Assembly: GCA_963836235.1 (NCBI GenBank)
Contig: CAWIIP010000002.1
Span: forward strand, 800,001-864,000
Length of the DNA stretch: 64,000 nt
Origin: an uncultured Pseudomonadota bacterium
Lineage (GTDB): Bacteria; Oederibacteriota; Muellerivitia; Muellerivitales; Muellerivitaceae
Direction of reading: 5' to 3'
Shown in pieces: positions 56,404 to 64,000 of this stretch. Both the position numbers and the translations under genes were made by a program. Positions within the stretch are counted from its first letter, which is position 1. Each line of letters starts with the position of its first letter. Below the pieces are notes generated by a model that made no database searches, had not been told where the DNA came from, and saw nothing but the letters and a program-made list of their open reading frames with translations.

Positions 56404-57528
56404 TTAAACGTTGGTCCCAAGGAAGGTTCTTCGGATAATTCGATTCGCGGGCATCTCAAAAAAGTGGTAAGAAAGGGCGGCCAAAGCAACCGTGGCCGCT
56501 GTAAAAAGCGCGAAGGCCATCCACGCGTTCATGCGAAAAATTAAGGGAAACATCACCGCTAAAACCATGGGATGAAACAAGTAACTGCCATAACAATATT
56601 TTCCGGGCAAGCCCAAGGGTTTCCAAAATTTTGATTCGAAAAAGGAAAGATGAAGGCCGCCTAACAAAAATGTAAAAAGACCCAAGTCAAGGAGGCTTGA
56701 GGCGTAAACCCTGTCGCTCTCAACGTCCTGGGAAGTTCCCAAATATATTCCGGTCACCAACGCGAAGCCAGCGGCACAAAGAAGATAACTTATTTTTTTA
56801 TTCTTTATCAAATAAGCCTTCCATCGGTCCACGGCCAAGTAAAGGAAAACTCCGGCGGCGATATTGTCAAAGGCCCCTGGAGAACCGCATATCTGCATAT
56901 ACCGGTTGGAATGAAAAAAGTAGCAGCCCAACCGCCAAAGAAAACCAATGGCCATCACAAAAAATAAAAAACGGCAAAGATTTTTAACGTTTCCTAATCT
57001 TTTCAAAGCCTGAGGAAAAAGAAAATAAAACTGTTCCTCAATCGATAAGGACCAAAGTAAACCAAAATGCAAACCATAATTGATAAAGGGATTAAATGCC
57101 CGAAACCAGTTGAAAGTGAAGGTGAAAAGGCAAATCCAAAATCCCGGACCCAAGTAACCATGATCGGGCCGGAAAACATCAATATCGCTGTCGTTCGAAC
57201 CCCTTGGGATCCATAGCATTAAAATCCCAATCCAAAGGGTGAGACCCAACAGGGGAAAAATGCGGCCCGCCCTTTGGATGTAAAATTCCCGAAGTGAGGG
57301 ATTCCAAAGTGATCCCTGATTTTTCGCGATGACTCCCGCGATGAGGAAACCCGAAACCATAAAAAAACAATAAACCCCGTAGGTGCCATTTCTCCTAAAA
57401 TGTTCCCACAACCAGTAGCTCCAGGTATTTTCGGGTTTACGCAGAAGAACTTGTTCATCCTCATGGACGGCCAGCACCACGATAATGGAAAAAGTCCGAA
57501 CCAGATCAATCAGGGGGAATTTCTTCAA
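56404..57528 (-). CDS. Acyltransferase-3 (OafA/YrhL-like) family membrane protein
   Basis: IDLVR, FFMVSGFLI, FY..RA.RIFP, LWSLSIEEQFY, YG.YLFH, SYHFFEMP. Confidence 0.92.
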   Translation of the reverse strand: MKKFPLIDLVRTFSIIVVLAVHEDEQVLLRKPENTWSYWLWEHFRRNGTYGVYCFFMVSGFLIAGVIAKNQGSLWNPSLREFYIQRAGRIFPLLGLTLWIGILMLWIPRGSNDSDIDVFRPDHGYLGPGFWICLFTFTFNWFRAFNPFINYGLHFGLLWSLSIEEQFYFLFPQALKRLGNVKNLCRFLFFVMAIGFLWRLGCYFFHSNRYMQICGSPGAFDNIAAGVFLYLAVDRWKAYLIKNKKISYLLCAAGFALVTGIYLGTSQDVESDRVYASSLLDLGLFTFLLGGLHLSFFESKFWKPLGLPGKYCYGSYLFHPMVLAVMFPLIFRMNAWMAFALFTAATVALAALSYHFFEMPANRIIRRTFLGTNV

Positions 57529-57639
57529 TGGCGCTTGACCTTTACTCCGAATGCTTTTCTTTTAAAAAAGCCGACATTCCATTGAGTTCCAAAAGAGGTC
57601 GGTATGGCGTCTTGGTGGTTCAACCGATTTTCGGGGTGG

Positions 57640-58950
57640 TTATACGCCCTTCCCTTTTAGTTCCGCCGCCAATGACTCGAAACCCTTTTTGCCCAAAAGC
57701 GCGAACATGTTTTTCTTGTAAGCCTCCACGCCGGGCTGGTCGAAAGGATTGATGCCCAAGAGGGTTCCGGAAATGCCGCAGGCCATCTCGAAGAAATAAT
57801 AAAGGTACCCCAATGAATATTCCGAAAGTTCGTCGAGGGTCAGGCGGATAACGGGAAGCCCGCCGTCCCGGTGCGCCAAGGCGGTGGCCTTCATGGCTTG
57901 CTCGTTCACCCAGGAAAGTTTTTTGCCCGCCAGGAAATTCAATCCCTCGCGGTCGTCCTTGTCCTTGGGGATGGCAATGTCTTTTTCTTCCGACTTCACC
58001 CACAAAATAGTCTCCATCAAATTGCGCTGGCCCTCCTGCAGATACTGTCCCATGCTGTGCAGGTCGGTCGTCAGATCCACGCTGGCCGGGAACAAGCCCT
58101 TCCCTTCCTTGCCTTCGGACTCGCCGTAAAGCTGTTTCCACCATTCGCTCACGTAATGCAGTTCGGGACGGAAATTGGCCAACACCTCGGTCACTTTCCC
58201 CTTTTGGGAGAGCAGGTAACGGGCCGCCGCGTAACGGGCCGCGAGGTTCGTGGACAGGTTGGAGGATTTCATTTCCTTGGCCGCGTCCTGCGCGCCTTTC
58301 AGGAGCTCGGCGATGTTGAACCCCGCCACGGCGATGGGCAGAAGCCCCACCGGAGTCAGCACCGAGTAGCGCCCACCCACGTCGTCGGGAATCACGAAGG
58401 TCTTATAGCCTTCGGCGTCCGCCATGCCCTTGAGAGCCCCCTTGGATTGGTCCGTCACCGCCACGATGCGGCCCTTGGCCTTCTTTTTTCCCACGGCCTT
58501 TTCCACCCAGGTTTTCAAAACACGGAAAGCCACCGCCGGCTCCGTGGTGGTGCCGGATTTGGAAATGACGACGATTCCCGTTTTCTTCGGGTTCAAATCC
58601 TTCATCAGCTTTTGGAAAAAAGTGGGCGAGAGATGGTTGCCCGCGTAGTGGATCTTGTCGGAGCCGCCGAGCGCCTCGATGGTGGCCTTGATGCCGAGAT
58701 AGGAACCGCCGATGCCTACCGACACCACGGATTCGCAAGCGGCGAATTGTTTGGCGGCCTTTTTCAAGTCGGCCAATTGCTTTTGGGCGGTGAAGGGCAG
58801 TTCGATCCAGCCCCGGTAGTCGGACCCCCGCCCCGTCCCTTCCAGGAGGGACTTCAAGGCGTTCTCCACGGGCGGCGCAAGGAAGGCGATGTCGGCTTCG
58901 GAAACCAGGTCAGAAATGTAGGACAAATCGAGCGAAAGCGGTGAAGGCAT
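57640..58950 (-). CDS. pgi: Glucose-6-phosphate isomerase
   Basis: GIGGSYLG, ISKSGTTTEP, DVGGRYSVLT, QLYGESEGK, NPFDQPGVEAYK. Confidence 0.97.
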   Translation of the reverse strand: MPSPLSLDLSYISDLVSEADIAFLAPPVENALKSLLEGTGRGSDYRGWIELPFTAQKQLADLKKAAKQFAACESVVSVGIGGSYLGIKATIEALGGSDKIHYAGNHLSPTFFQKLMKDLNPKKTGIVVISKSGTTTEPAVAFRVLKTWVEKAVGKKKAKGRIVAVTDQSKGALKGMADAEGYKTFVIPDDVGGRYSVLTPVGLLPIAVAGFNIAELLKGAQDAAKEMKSSNLSTNLAARYAAARYLLSQKGKVTEVLANFRPELHYVSEWWKQLYGESEGKEGKGLFPASVDLTTDLHSMGQYLQEGQRNLMETILWVKSEEKDIAIPKDKDDREGLNFLAGKKLSWVNEQAMKATALAHRDGGLPVIRLTLDELSEYSLGYLYYFFEMACGISGTLLGINPFDQPGVEAYKKNMFALLGKKGFESLAAELKGKGV

Positions 58951-59075
58951 GGGAGGCTCCTTGAAAAAAATGATTTCACCACAGAGTACACAGAGCGTGA
59001 AAACAAAACAAACCCCGAAACCGAAAAATCTTAAGGCTTAATCGGTAGCTTCGGGGCGAAAATTTCTTTGATTTT

Positions 59076-60803
59076 TCAGCGGATTTTGAACTTCTCGACC
59101 ATGGATTTCAATTCCTGGGACAGGGCCGCCAGTTCCTTGAAGGTGGCGTTGATCTGCTCCATGCTGGCGGACTGTTCCTCGGTGGAGGCCGAGACTTCCT
59201 CGGTGGAGGCGGCCGATTCCTCGGAAACCGCGTTGATATCCTGGATGCTGTGGACGATCTGGGTGAAGCGCAGACCCTGGGCATTGATCATTTCGGTGAT
59301 TTTTTTACTGTGTCCCACCACGTTTTCGATGACCGTCACTATCCCGTCCAGCGCGCCTTCCATTTGATGGATGCCTTCCTTGCCAACCTGGGCCTCGGCG
59401 GAGCTTTTTTCCATGGATTTGATGACGGCGCTGGTTTCGTCCTGCATTTCCTGCACCAAGGTGGTGATGTCCCCGACCGCCTTGCGGGAGCCGTCCGCCA
59501 GGTTGCGGATCTCATCCGCCACGATCGTGAAGCCCCGCCCCTGTTCCCCGGCGCGGGCCGCCTCGATGGCGGCGTTGAGCGAAAGGAGGTTGGTTTGTTC
59601 GGCGATGTTGGAAATGATCTCCACCACCACGCCCACCTCTTTGCTTTTGAGGCCCAAATGCCCCACCATTTTTGAGTTCTCGAGGATGATACCGTTGAGT
59701 TCCACCATCTTGTCGATCGTGCCCCGGGCCAAGCGGCCGCCCACTTTGGCCGTTTGCGTGGCCTGGTCCACCGCTTTCGATGTCTCGTGGGCCTTCATTT
59801 CCACTTCCTTCATCGTCTCCTGGACTTCCTGCATCAGTTGGTTGACCTCGTTGATCTTGCTGGCTTGCTCCTCGGCCCCCTTGGAGATTTGCTGGATGGT
59901 GGTGGTCACATCCTCGCTCATGGCGGAGACTTCGGCGGTGGAATGGGTCATGCTTTGGACCTGCTCGGAAAGGTGCTGGGAGTTATCCAAGACCCTCAAA
60001 AGCATGGTCTGGAGCATGTCGGCGAAGGAATTAAAGGCCTTGGCCACTTCCCCGATCTCATCGTCGCTATGCACCTCCACGCGTTTCGTCAGGTCCCCGT
60101 TCCCCTTGACGATGTCTCGGATACGGTCCGACACCTGCCTTAAGGGATGGGCGATGTAATGCTGGAGCAGCATGACCGCCAGGATGGAAATCACCAGGGC
60201 CCCGGCCAGGGCCACGGAGGCGATCCAAAGGTAGGAGGACCGGAAGTCTTTGCGGTGGGCCTCGACCATTTCCTTGCTGCGGTTCAACTCATAGTCCAGG
60301 AACTGCTGGACGCTGTAACCCACGGGCTCGACGGAGGGGTAAAGCCGCTGGGCCAGGGATTGCAGCCCTTCCTTGTCTTTTTTCCGGATGATGGGTTCCA
60401 ATTCCTTCACGATAGCGTTGGCGGAGTCCATCTTGCTGGAAACATCGTCCAGCAATTGTTTCTCGTCGGCGTCCATGGGCGAGGTCTCCAGGGGCTCGAT
60501 ATTTTCCTTGATGGTCTTTTGGATAACTTTTAGTTGGCTTCCGGCCAGGTTCCAGGGATAGACCCCTAAGGTCAGCTTATGGACCAGGGACACGATGCTT
60601 TTGGAATAGGCGTTGGAAAGATTGACGGCCATGATGGTCTTGGAATTGGTTTCCTCGTAGATGTCTTGGACGCCTTTCGAGGCCCGAGTCGCGAAAAAAT
60701 ACCCCAAGCAGACGATCAAGACCATGACCGCGGAAAAAATTCCCACGCTCAGCACGAGACGGTGCCTTAATTTCAGCGATTTTCGGGTTGATGAATCCGG
60801 CAT
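59076..60803 (-). CDS. Methyl-accepting chemotaxis protein (four-helix sensor, HAMP)
   Basis: Two TMs, [37 protein letters not shown]. Confidence 0.95.
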   Translation of the reverse strand: MPDSSTRKSLKLRHRLVLSVGIFSAVMVLIVCLGYFFATRASKGVQDIYEETNSKTIMAVNLSNAYSKSIVSLVHKLTLGVYPWNLAGSQLKVIQKTIKENIEPLETSPMDADEKQLLDDVSSKMDSANAIVKELEPIIRKKDKEGLQSLAQRLYPSVEPVGYSVQQFLDYELNRSKEMVEAHRKDFRSSYLWIASVALAGALVISILAVMLLQHYIAHPLRQVSDRIRDIVKGNGDLTKRVEVHSDDEIGEVAKAFNSFADMLQTMLLRVLDNSQHLSEQVQSMTHSTAEVSAMSEDVTTTIQQISKGAEEQASKINEVNQLMQEVQETMKEVEMKAHETSKAVDQATQTAKVGGRLARGTIDKMVELNGIILENSKMVGHLGLKSKEVGVVVEIISNIAEQTNLLSLNAAIEAARAGEQGRGFTIVADEIRNLADGSRKAVGDITTLVQEMQDETSAVIKSMEKSSAEAQVGKEGIHQMEGALDGIVTVIENVVGHSKKITEMINAQGLRFTQIVHSIQDINAVSEESAASTEEVSASTEEQSASMEQINATFKELAALSQELKSMVEKFKIR

Positions 60804-60830
60804 TGCTTTCCTTTATTTCTTATGGAGGAT

Positions 60831-60850
60831 GGGGGATTTTAAAATCCCCC
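60831..60850. repeat. Perfect 20-bp palindrome between the SBP and MCP genes
   Basis: GGGGGATTTTAAAATCCCCC. Confidence 0.7.
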
Positions 60851-60889
60851 GGTCTTCAACAGGATTGGGACGAAGCCATTCGGGACGGC

Positions 60890-62137
60890 TTATTGGACCT
60901 CCGTCCAATCTTTCAAGGGCACCCATTGGCCATTTTGAACTGTGGTGAAAAAAACCTGGTTGGAAGCTTGGTGGTTGGTCGCGGAGAAGGACAGGGGGCC
61001 GCCCGTTCCCATCTCCTGGCCCTTCATGGACTCCGCGGCTTTCACGAAGGAATCCCGGGTTAAATCGACGGGGGTCTTTTTGAGGATGGCCACGAAAAGT
61101 TTCGCGTTGAGGTACCCTTCCAGGGACCCGAAGCTGTACTTGGCCGGCTTGTAATTGGGATCTTGCAGGTCGGCCGGAAGCTTGGGGTCGTAAAGGTCCA
61201 TCATGGCGCTGTATTCCTGGACCAGGGGGTTGGAGGTGTCGTACCAGGAGGGAACGACTTGCGAGTTCACCAGATGGGCCGTCAACTTCTTGCCCGATAC
61301 TTTTTCTTCCACCACTAGTTTGCTCAAAAGTTGGTCGGCTCCGACGAAGGAGAGGTTGGCGATCGGCACGTTCCAATCGGCGCCGCGGGCGTCGCGGATA
61401 AAGGCCGCGCACTGGTTATAGGCGCCCACCGCGATGACCGCTTGCGCTCCCGCGGCTTTTAGGGCCGACACTTGTTGGTCCATGCGGGTGATATAGGGGA
61501 CGTTGCGCTCATAGGTGGTTTCCGCCACGATGGTCATGCCCTTGGCCTTTAGGGCCCGGTTGATCCCATCCGCACCGGATTTTCCGTAGGCGTCGTTTTG
61601 GATGAAGGTTCCGATTTTCGTCAGGCCCAGTTTCACGAAATTCTTGACGATAGCGGCCGTTTCCTGGCGGTAGGAAGCCCTCACGTTGAAAACCAACTTA
61701 TCGTAGGGGGCCTCGCGCTGGGGCTGGGCGCCTGTGAAATCGGAAAAAAGGAAAATACCCTCCGACTCGTGTTCCTTGAGGGCGGGAAGGGCCTTCACCA
61801 GGGTGGGGGTCCCCACGTAACCGAAAAGGGCGAAAACCTTATCCTCGGTGATCAGCCGCGTGGTATTGGCCAGGGTCGTATCCCCCTCATAACCGTCGTC
61901 CAAGCTGGTCACGCGGATTTGGTGACCGTTGACACCGCCCTCGGAATTGGTTTTCTCGAAATAAGCCTGGGCGCCTCGCCAGAGTTCCGTTCCCAAGCCG
62001 GCCGCCGGGCCTTTAAAAGCCGCGGACTGGCCCAATAGGATTTCGGTGGGGGTAACGCCGTTTTCCGCCCGGGCGGCAAGGGGGAAGAGCAACCCAAGGG
62101 AAATCCACAGCATCATTTTCCATTTTAAGCGGAACAT
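60890..62137 (-). CDS. Periplasmic substrate-binding protein (LivJ-like, type 1)
   Basis: GVT..EILLGQSA..GP, GGVNG..I..LDDGYE, VFALFGYVGTPT, FNVRASY. Confidence 0.9.
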   Translation of the reverse strand: MFRLKWKMMLWISLGLLFPLAARAENGVTPTEILLGQSAAFKGPAAGLGTELWRGAQAYFEKTNSEGGVNGHQIRVTSLDDGYEGDTTLANTTRLITEDKVFALFGYVGTPTLVKALPALKEHESEGIFLFSDFTGAQPQREAPYDKLVFNVRASYRQETAAIVKNFVKLGLTKIGTFIQNDAYGKSGADGINRALKAKGMTIVAETTYERNVPYITRMDQQVSALKAAGAQAVIAVGAYNQCAAFIRDARGADWNVPIANLSFVGADQLLSKLVVEEKVSGKKLTAHLVNSQVVPSWYDTSNPLVQEYSAMMDLYDPKLPADLQDPNYKPAKYSFGSLEGYLNAKLFVAILKKTPVDLTRDSFVKAAESMKGQEMGTGGPLSFSATNHQASNQVFFTTVQNGQWVPLKDWTEVQ

Positions 62138-62272
62138 AAAGCCACCTCCTTTTAAAGTTCAATCGATAAAAAGATTAAGGCGCGGAATTTTCAGAACCAA
62201 AACCCTGAAAGGCGACTTATTTTAACCCGAACCGCTGTTTTTATCTCTTTTAATAAAAACACCGAAATGGGG

Positions 62273-63490
62273 CTATCCCCTTTTATTTTGTGGGGAAAGG
62301 GAGGACTTCGGGGGACCGCTTTGGGCGTCATCGTCTTCCAGGAAAGAAGACATCATTCTCAAACCATTAATGATGGCGGGAAAAGCCTGGACCAGTTGTT
62401 GGGCCTGCTCGCCCTTGTTGGAATGGCCGAAACTGAAACGAAGGCCCTGTTTGGCCTCTCTGGGCGAACGCCCCATGGCGATTAAAACGTGGGAAGGCGG
62501 CGCCGAGCCCGCCGCGCAGGCCGCTCCGGAGGAAACGGCGAAACCCTTAGCGTCCAAACTATGGACCAGGTTCTCTCCTTCGATGCCCGGAAAGGTGATG
62601 TTCAGCAGGCCCGGCACCCGTTGGGCCGATTTCTCGGGGCCGTTCACCTTGAGGTCCGGGAATGTTTTCTTCAAATCCTCCAGGAAGAGGTCCGTCATCA
62701 CCTGGAGGCGCTGCCTCTCGGTGGTTTCACCGCAGATGCGCTTGGCCGCTTCGCCCAAACCCACGATGCCCGCCACGTTTTCCGTGCCGCCCCGCCGGTC
62801 CCGTTCCTGGCCGCCCCCATGGATCAAGGGGACCATCTCCAACCCCTTGCGCTGGTAGACGAACCCCACGCCCTTCGGCCCATAAATTTTATGCCCTGAC
62901 ACCGACAGGAAATCGATATGGTCCTTTTGGACGTCGATGGGAATTTTGCCGTAACCCTGGACGGCGTCAGTGTGGAAGAGGATGCCTTGTTCCCGGGCCA
63001 TCCGGCCGATTTCCTGGAAAGGCTCGATCGTGCCCACCTCGTTGTTGGCGGCCATGATGGAAATAAGCCCGGTCTCGCCGGGACGGACGGCCTTTTGGAC
63101 GTCCTTCGGGTCGATCCAACCTTCCGAATTGACCGGAACCTCGGTCACGGCCATACCCTGGTTCGTCAGCCACTCGGAGCATTCCAGCACGCAATGATGT
63201 TCCACCGAGGAGATGACGATATGCCGGGCCTTGCCGTGGAAAGCCCAGGTGACGCCCTTGTGGACGGTGTTGACGCTCTCGGTGCCGCCGCTGGTGAAGA
63301 GAATCTCGCGGGGGTCGGCGTTCAGGGTTTCTGCGATTTTTTCCCGGGCCCGCTCGATGGCGTTGCGGGTTTCCCGGCCCGCGGCGTGCACGCTGGAGGG
63401 ATTGCCGAAGTCTTCCCTTAAATAGGGCATCATGGCTTCGAGAACTTTTTCATCCAGGGGGGTTGAGGCGGCGTGGTCGAAATAAAACAT
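62273..63490 (-). CDS. iscS: Cysteine desulfurase (IscS/NifS family)
   Basis: YFDHAASTP, FTSGGTES, HTDAVQ, SGHKIYGPKG (PLP Lys), SSGAAC (catalytic Cys). Confidence 0.9.
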   Translation of the reverse strand: MFYFDHAASTPLDEKVLEAMMPYLREDFGNPSSVHAAGRETRNAIERAREKIAETLNADPREILFTSGGTESVNTVHKGVTWAFHGKARHIVISSVEHHCVLECSEWLTNQGMAVTEVPVNSEGWIDPKDVQKAVRPGETGLISIMAANNEVGTIEPFQEIGRMAREQGILFHTDAVQGYGKIPIDVQKDHIDFLSVSGHKIYGPKGVGFVYQRKGLEMVPLIHGGGQERDRRGGTENVAGIVGLGEAAKRICGETTERQRLQVMTDLFLEDLKKTFPDLKVNGPEKSAQRVPGLLNITFPGIEGENLVHSLDAKGFAVSSGAACAAGSAPPSHVLIAMGRSPREAKQGLRFSFGHSNKGEQAQQLVQAFPAIINGLRMMSSFLEDDDAQSGPPKSSLSPQNKRG

Positions 63491-63607
63491 GGGAATCCTT
63501 GAGGAGTGATCAGGCCTTAGTTTAACACGGGGAAAGCCCTGTCGATAGCCGGAAGGTGAAAGGGAATGTATAGGAAGCTCGACCTGGAGCAGTCTTCATT
63601 TCCCGGC

Positions 63608-64000
63608 TCAACTGTTGCCGTTGATCACCACGGCGACCCCGATGCCTTCGGCGTTTCCAAGGGGTGGGCTTGTTCCATTGGTCAGCACGATATTGACATT
63701 GTTACTGTTAGAGGCTTGGGGACAATAAGAAGTGGTGCCGGGGCCGCTCCCCTGGCTCAGAACAAACGCAACCGTATGACCCTTGGTAACGCCGGGGTCC
63801 CCTCCTAAAGTGAAAGTTACCGGCTGATAGGCAGAGTTATTCAATAGGGAAACGGCTCCGCTGGAGGCGGTCCCGATGACGCTGCCGTTATAAGCCGTAT
63901 CCGTGACCGTTAAATTATAGTTGTAGCTTCCCGTTTGGTTGACCAACAACCATGCCACGACACTGGACATGCTGCTGCCCGGATAGGGTTGGACGTAAAA
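63608..64000 (-). CDS. C-terminal part of a beta-rich, probably secreted protein (runs off the window)
   Basis: Open frame from the window edge to the stop at 63608; Ser/Thr/Asn/Gly-rich. Confidence 0.55.
   Translation of the reverse strand, partial: FYVQPYPGSSMSSVVAWLLVNQTGSYNYNLTVTDTAYNGSVIGTASSGAVSLLNNSAYQPVTFTLGGDPGVTKGHTVAFVLSQGSGPGTTSYCPQASNSNNVNIVLTNGTSPPLGNAEGIGVAVVINGNS

Overview
Bacterial chromosomal window, mostly GC-rich with AT-richer patches (about 1-11 kb and 46.7-48.2 kb). The left half (0.3-39 kb) is dominated by five large secreted multidomain proteins: a 2459-aa DUF11/propeller/CBM3-like/NHL protein, two S8 subtilases, a GH5 glycosidase and an SBBP propeller protein. All five have alternating Thr/Pro stalks and a C-terminal T9SS/FlgD-Ig-like sorting domain. 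They are interleaved with three GT-C-type membrane glycosyltransferases (TMTC-like, YfhO-like, DUF2723/TMEM260-like). This style resembles FCPU426/Goldbacteria-type uncultured lineages (inference only). The window also holds an orphan ParB-family gene with three palindromes at exact 42-bp spacing inside its own ORF, intact and decayed toxin-antitoxin modules, a fluoride riboswitch-fluC-DUF190 unit and a GH2 beta-galactosidase. A plastic region at 39-48 kb has two cargo segments bracketed by duplicated gene fragments and a low-GC islet. The right end carries a three-gene signalling operon, a covarying structured tandem repeat, nrdJ with a sigma70 promoter and NrdR-box candidate, an acyltransferase, pgi, an MCP plus solute-binding protein, and a cysteine desulfurase. 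All family assignments come from motif recognition by eye; no database search was run.
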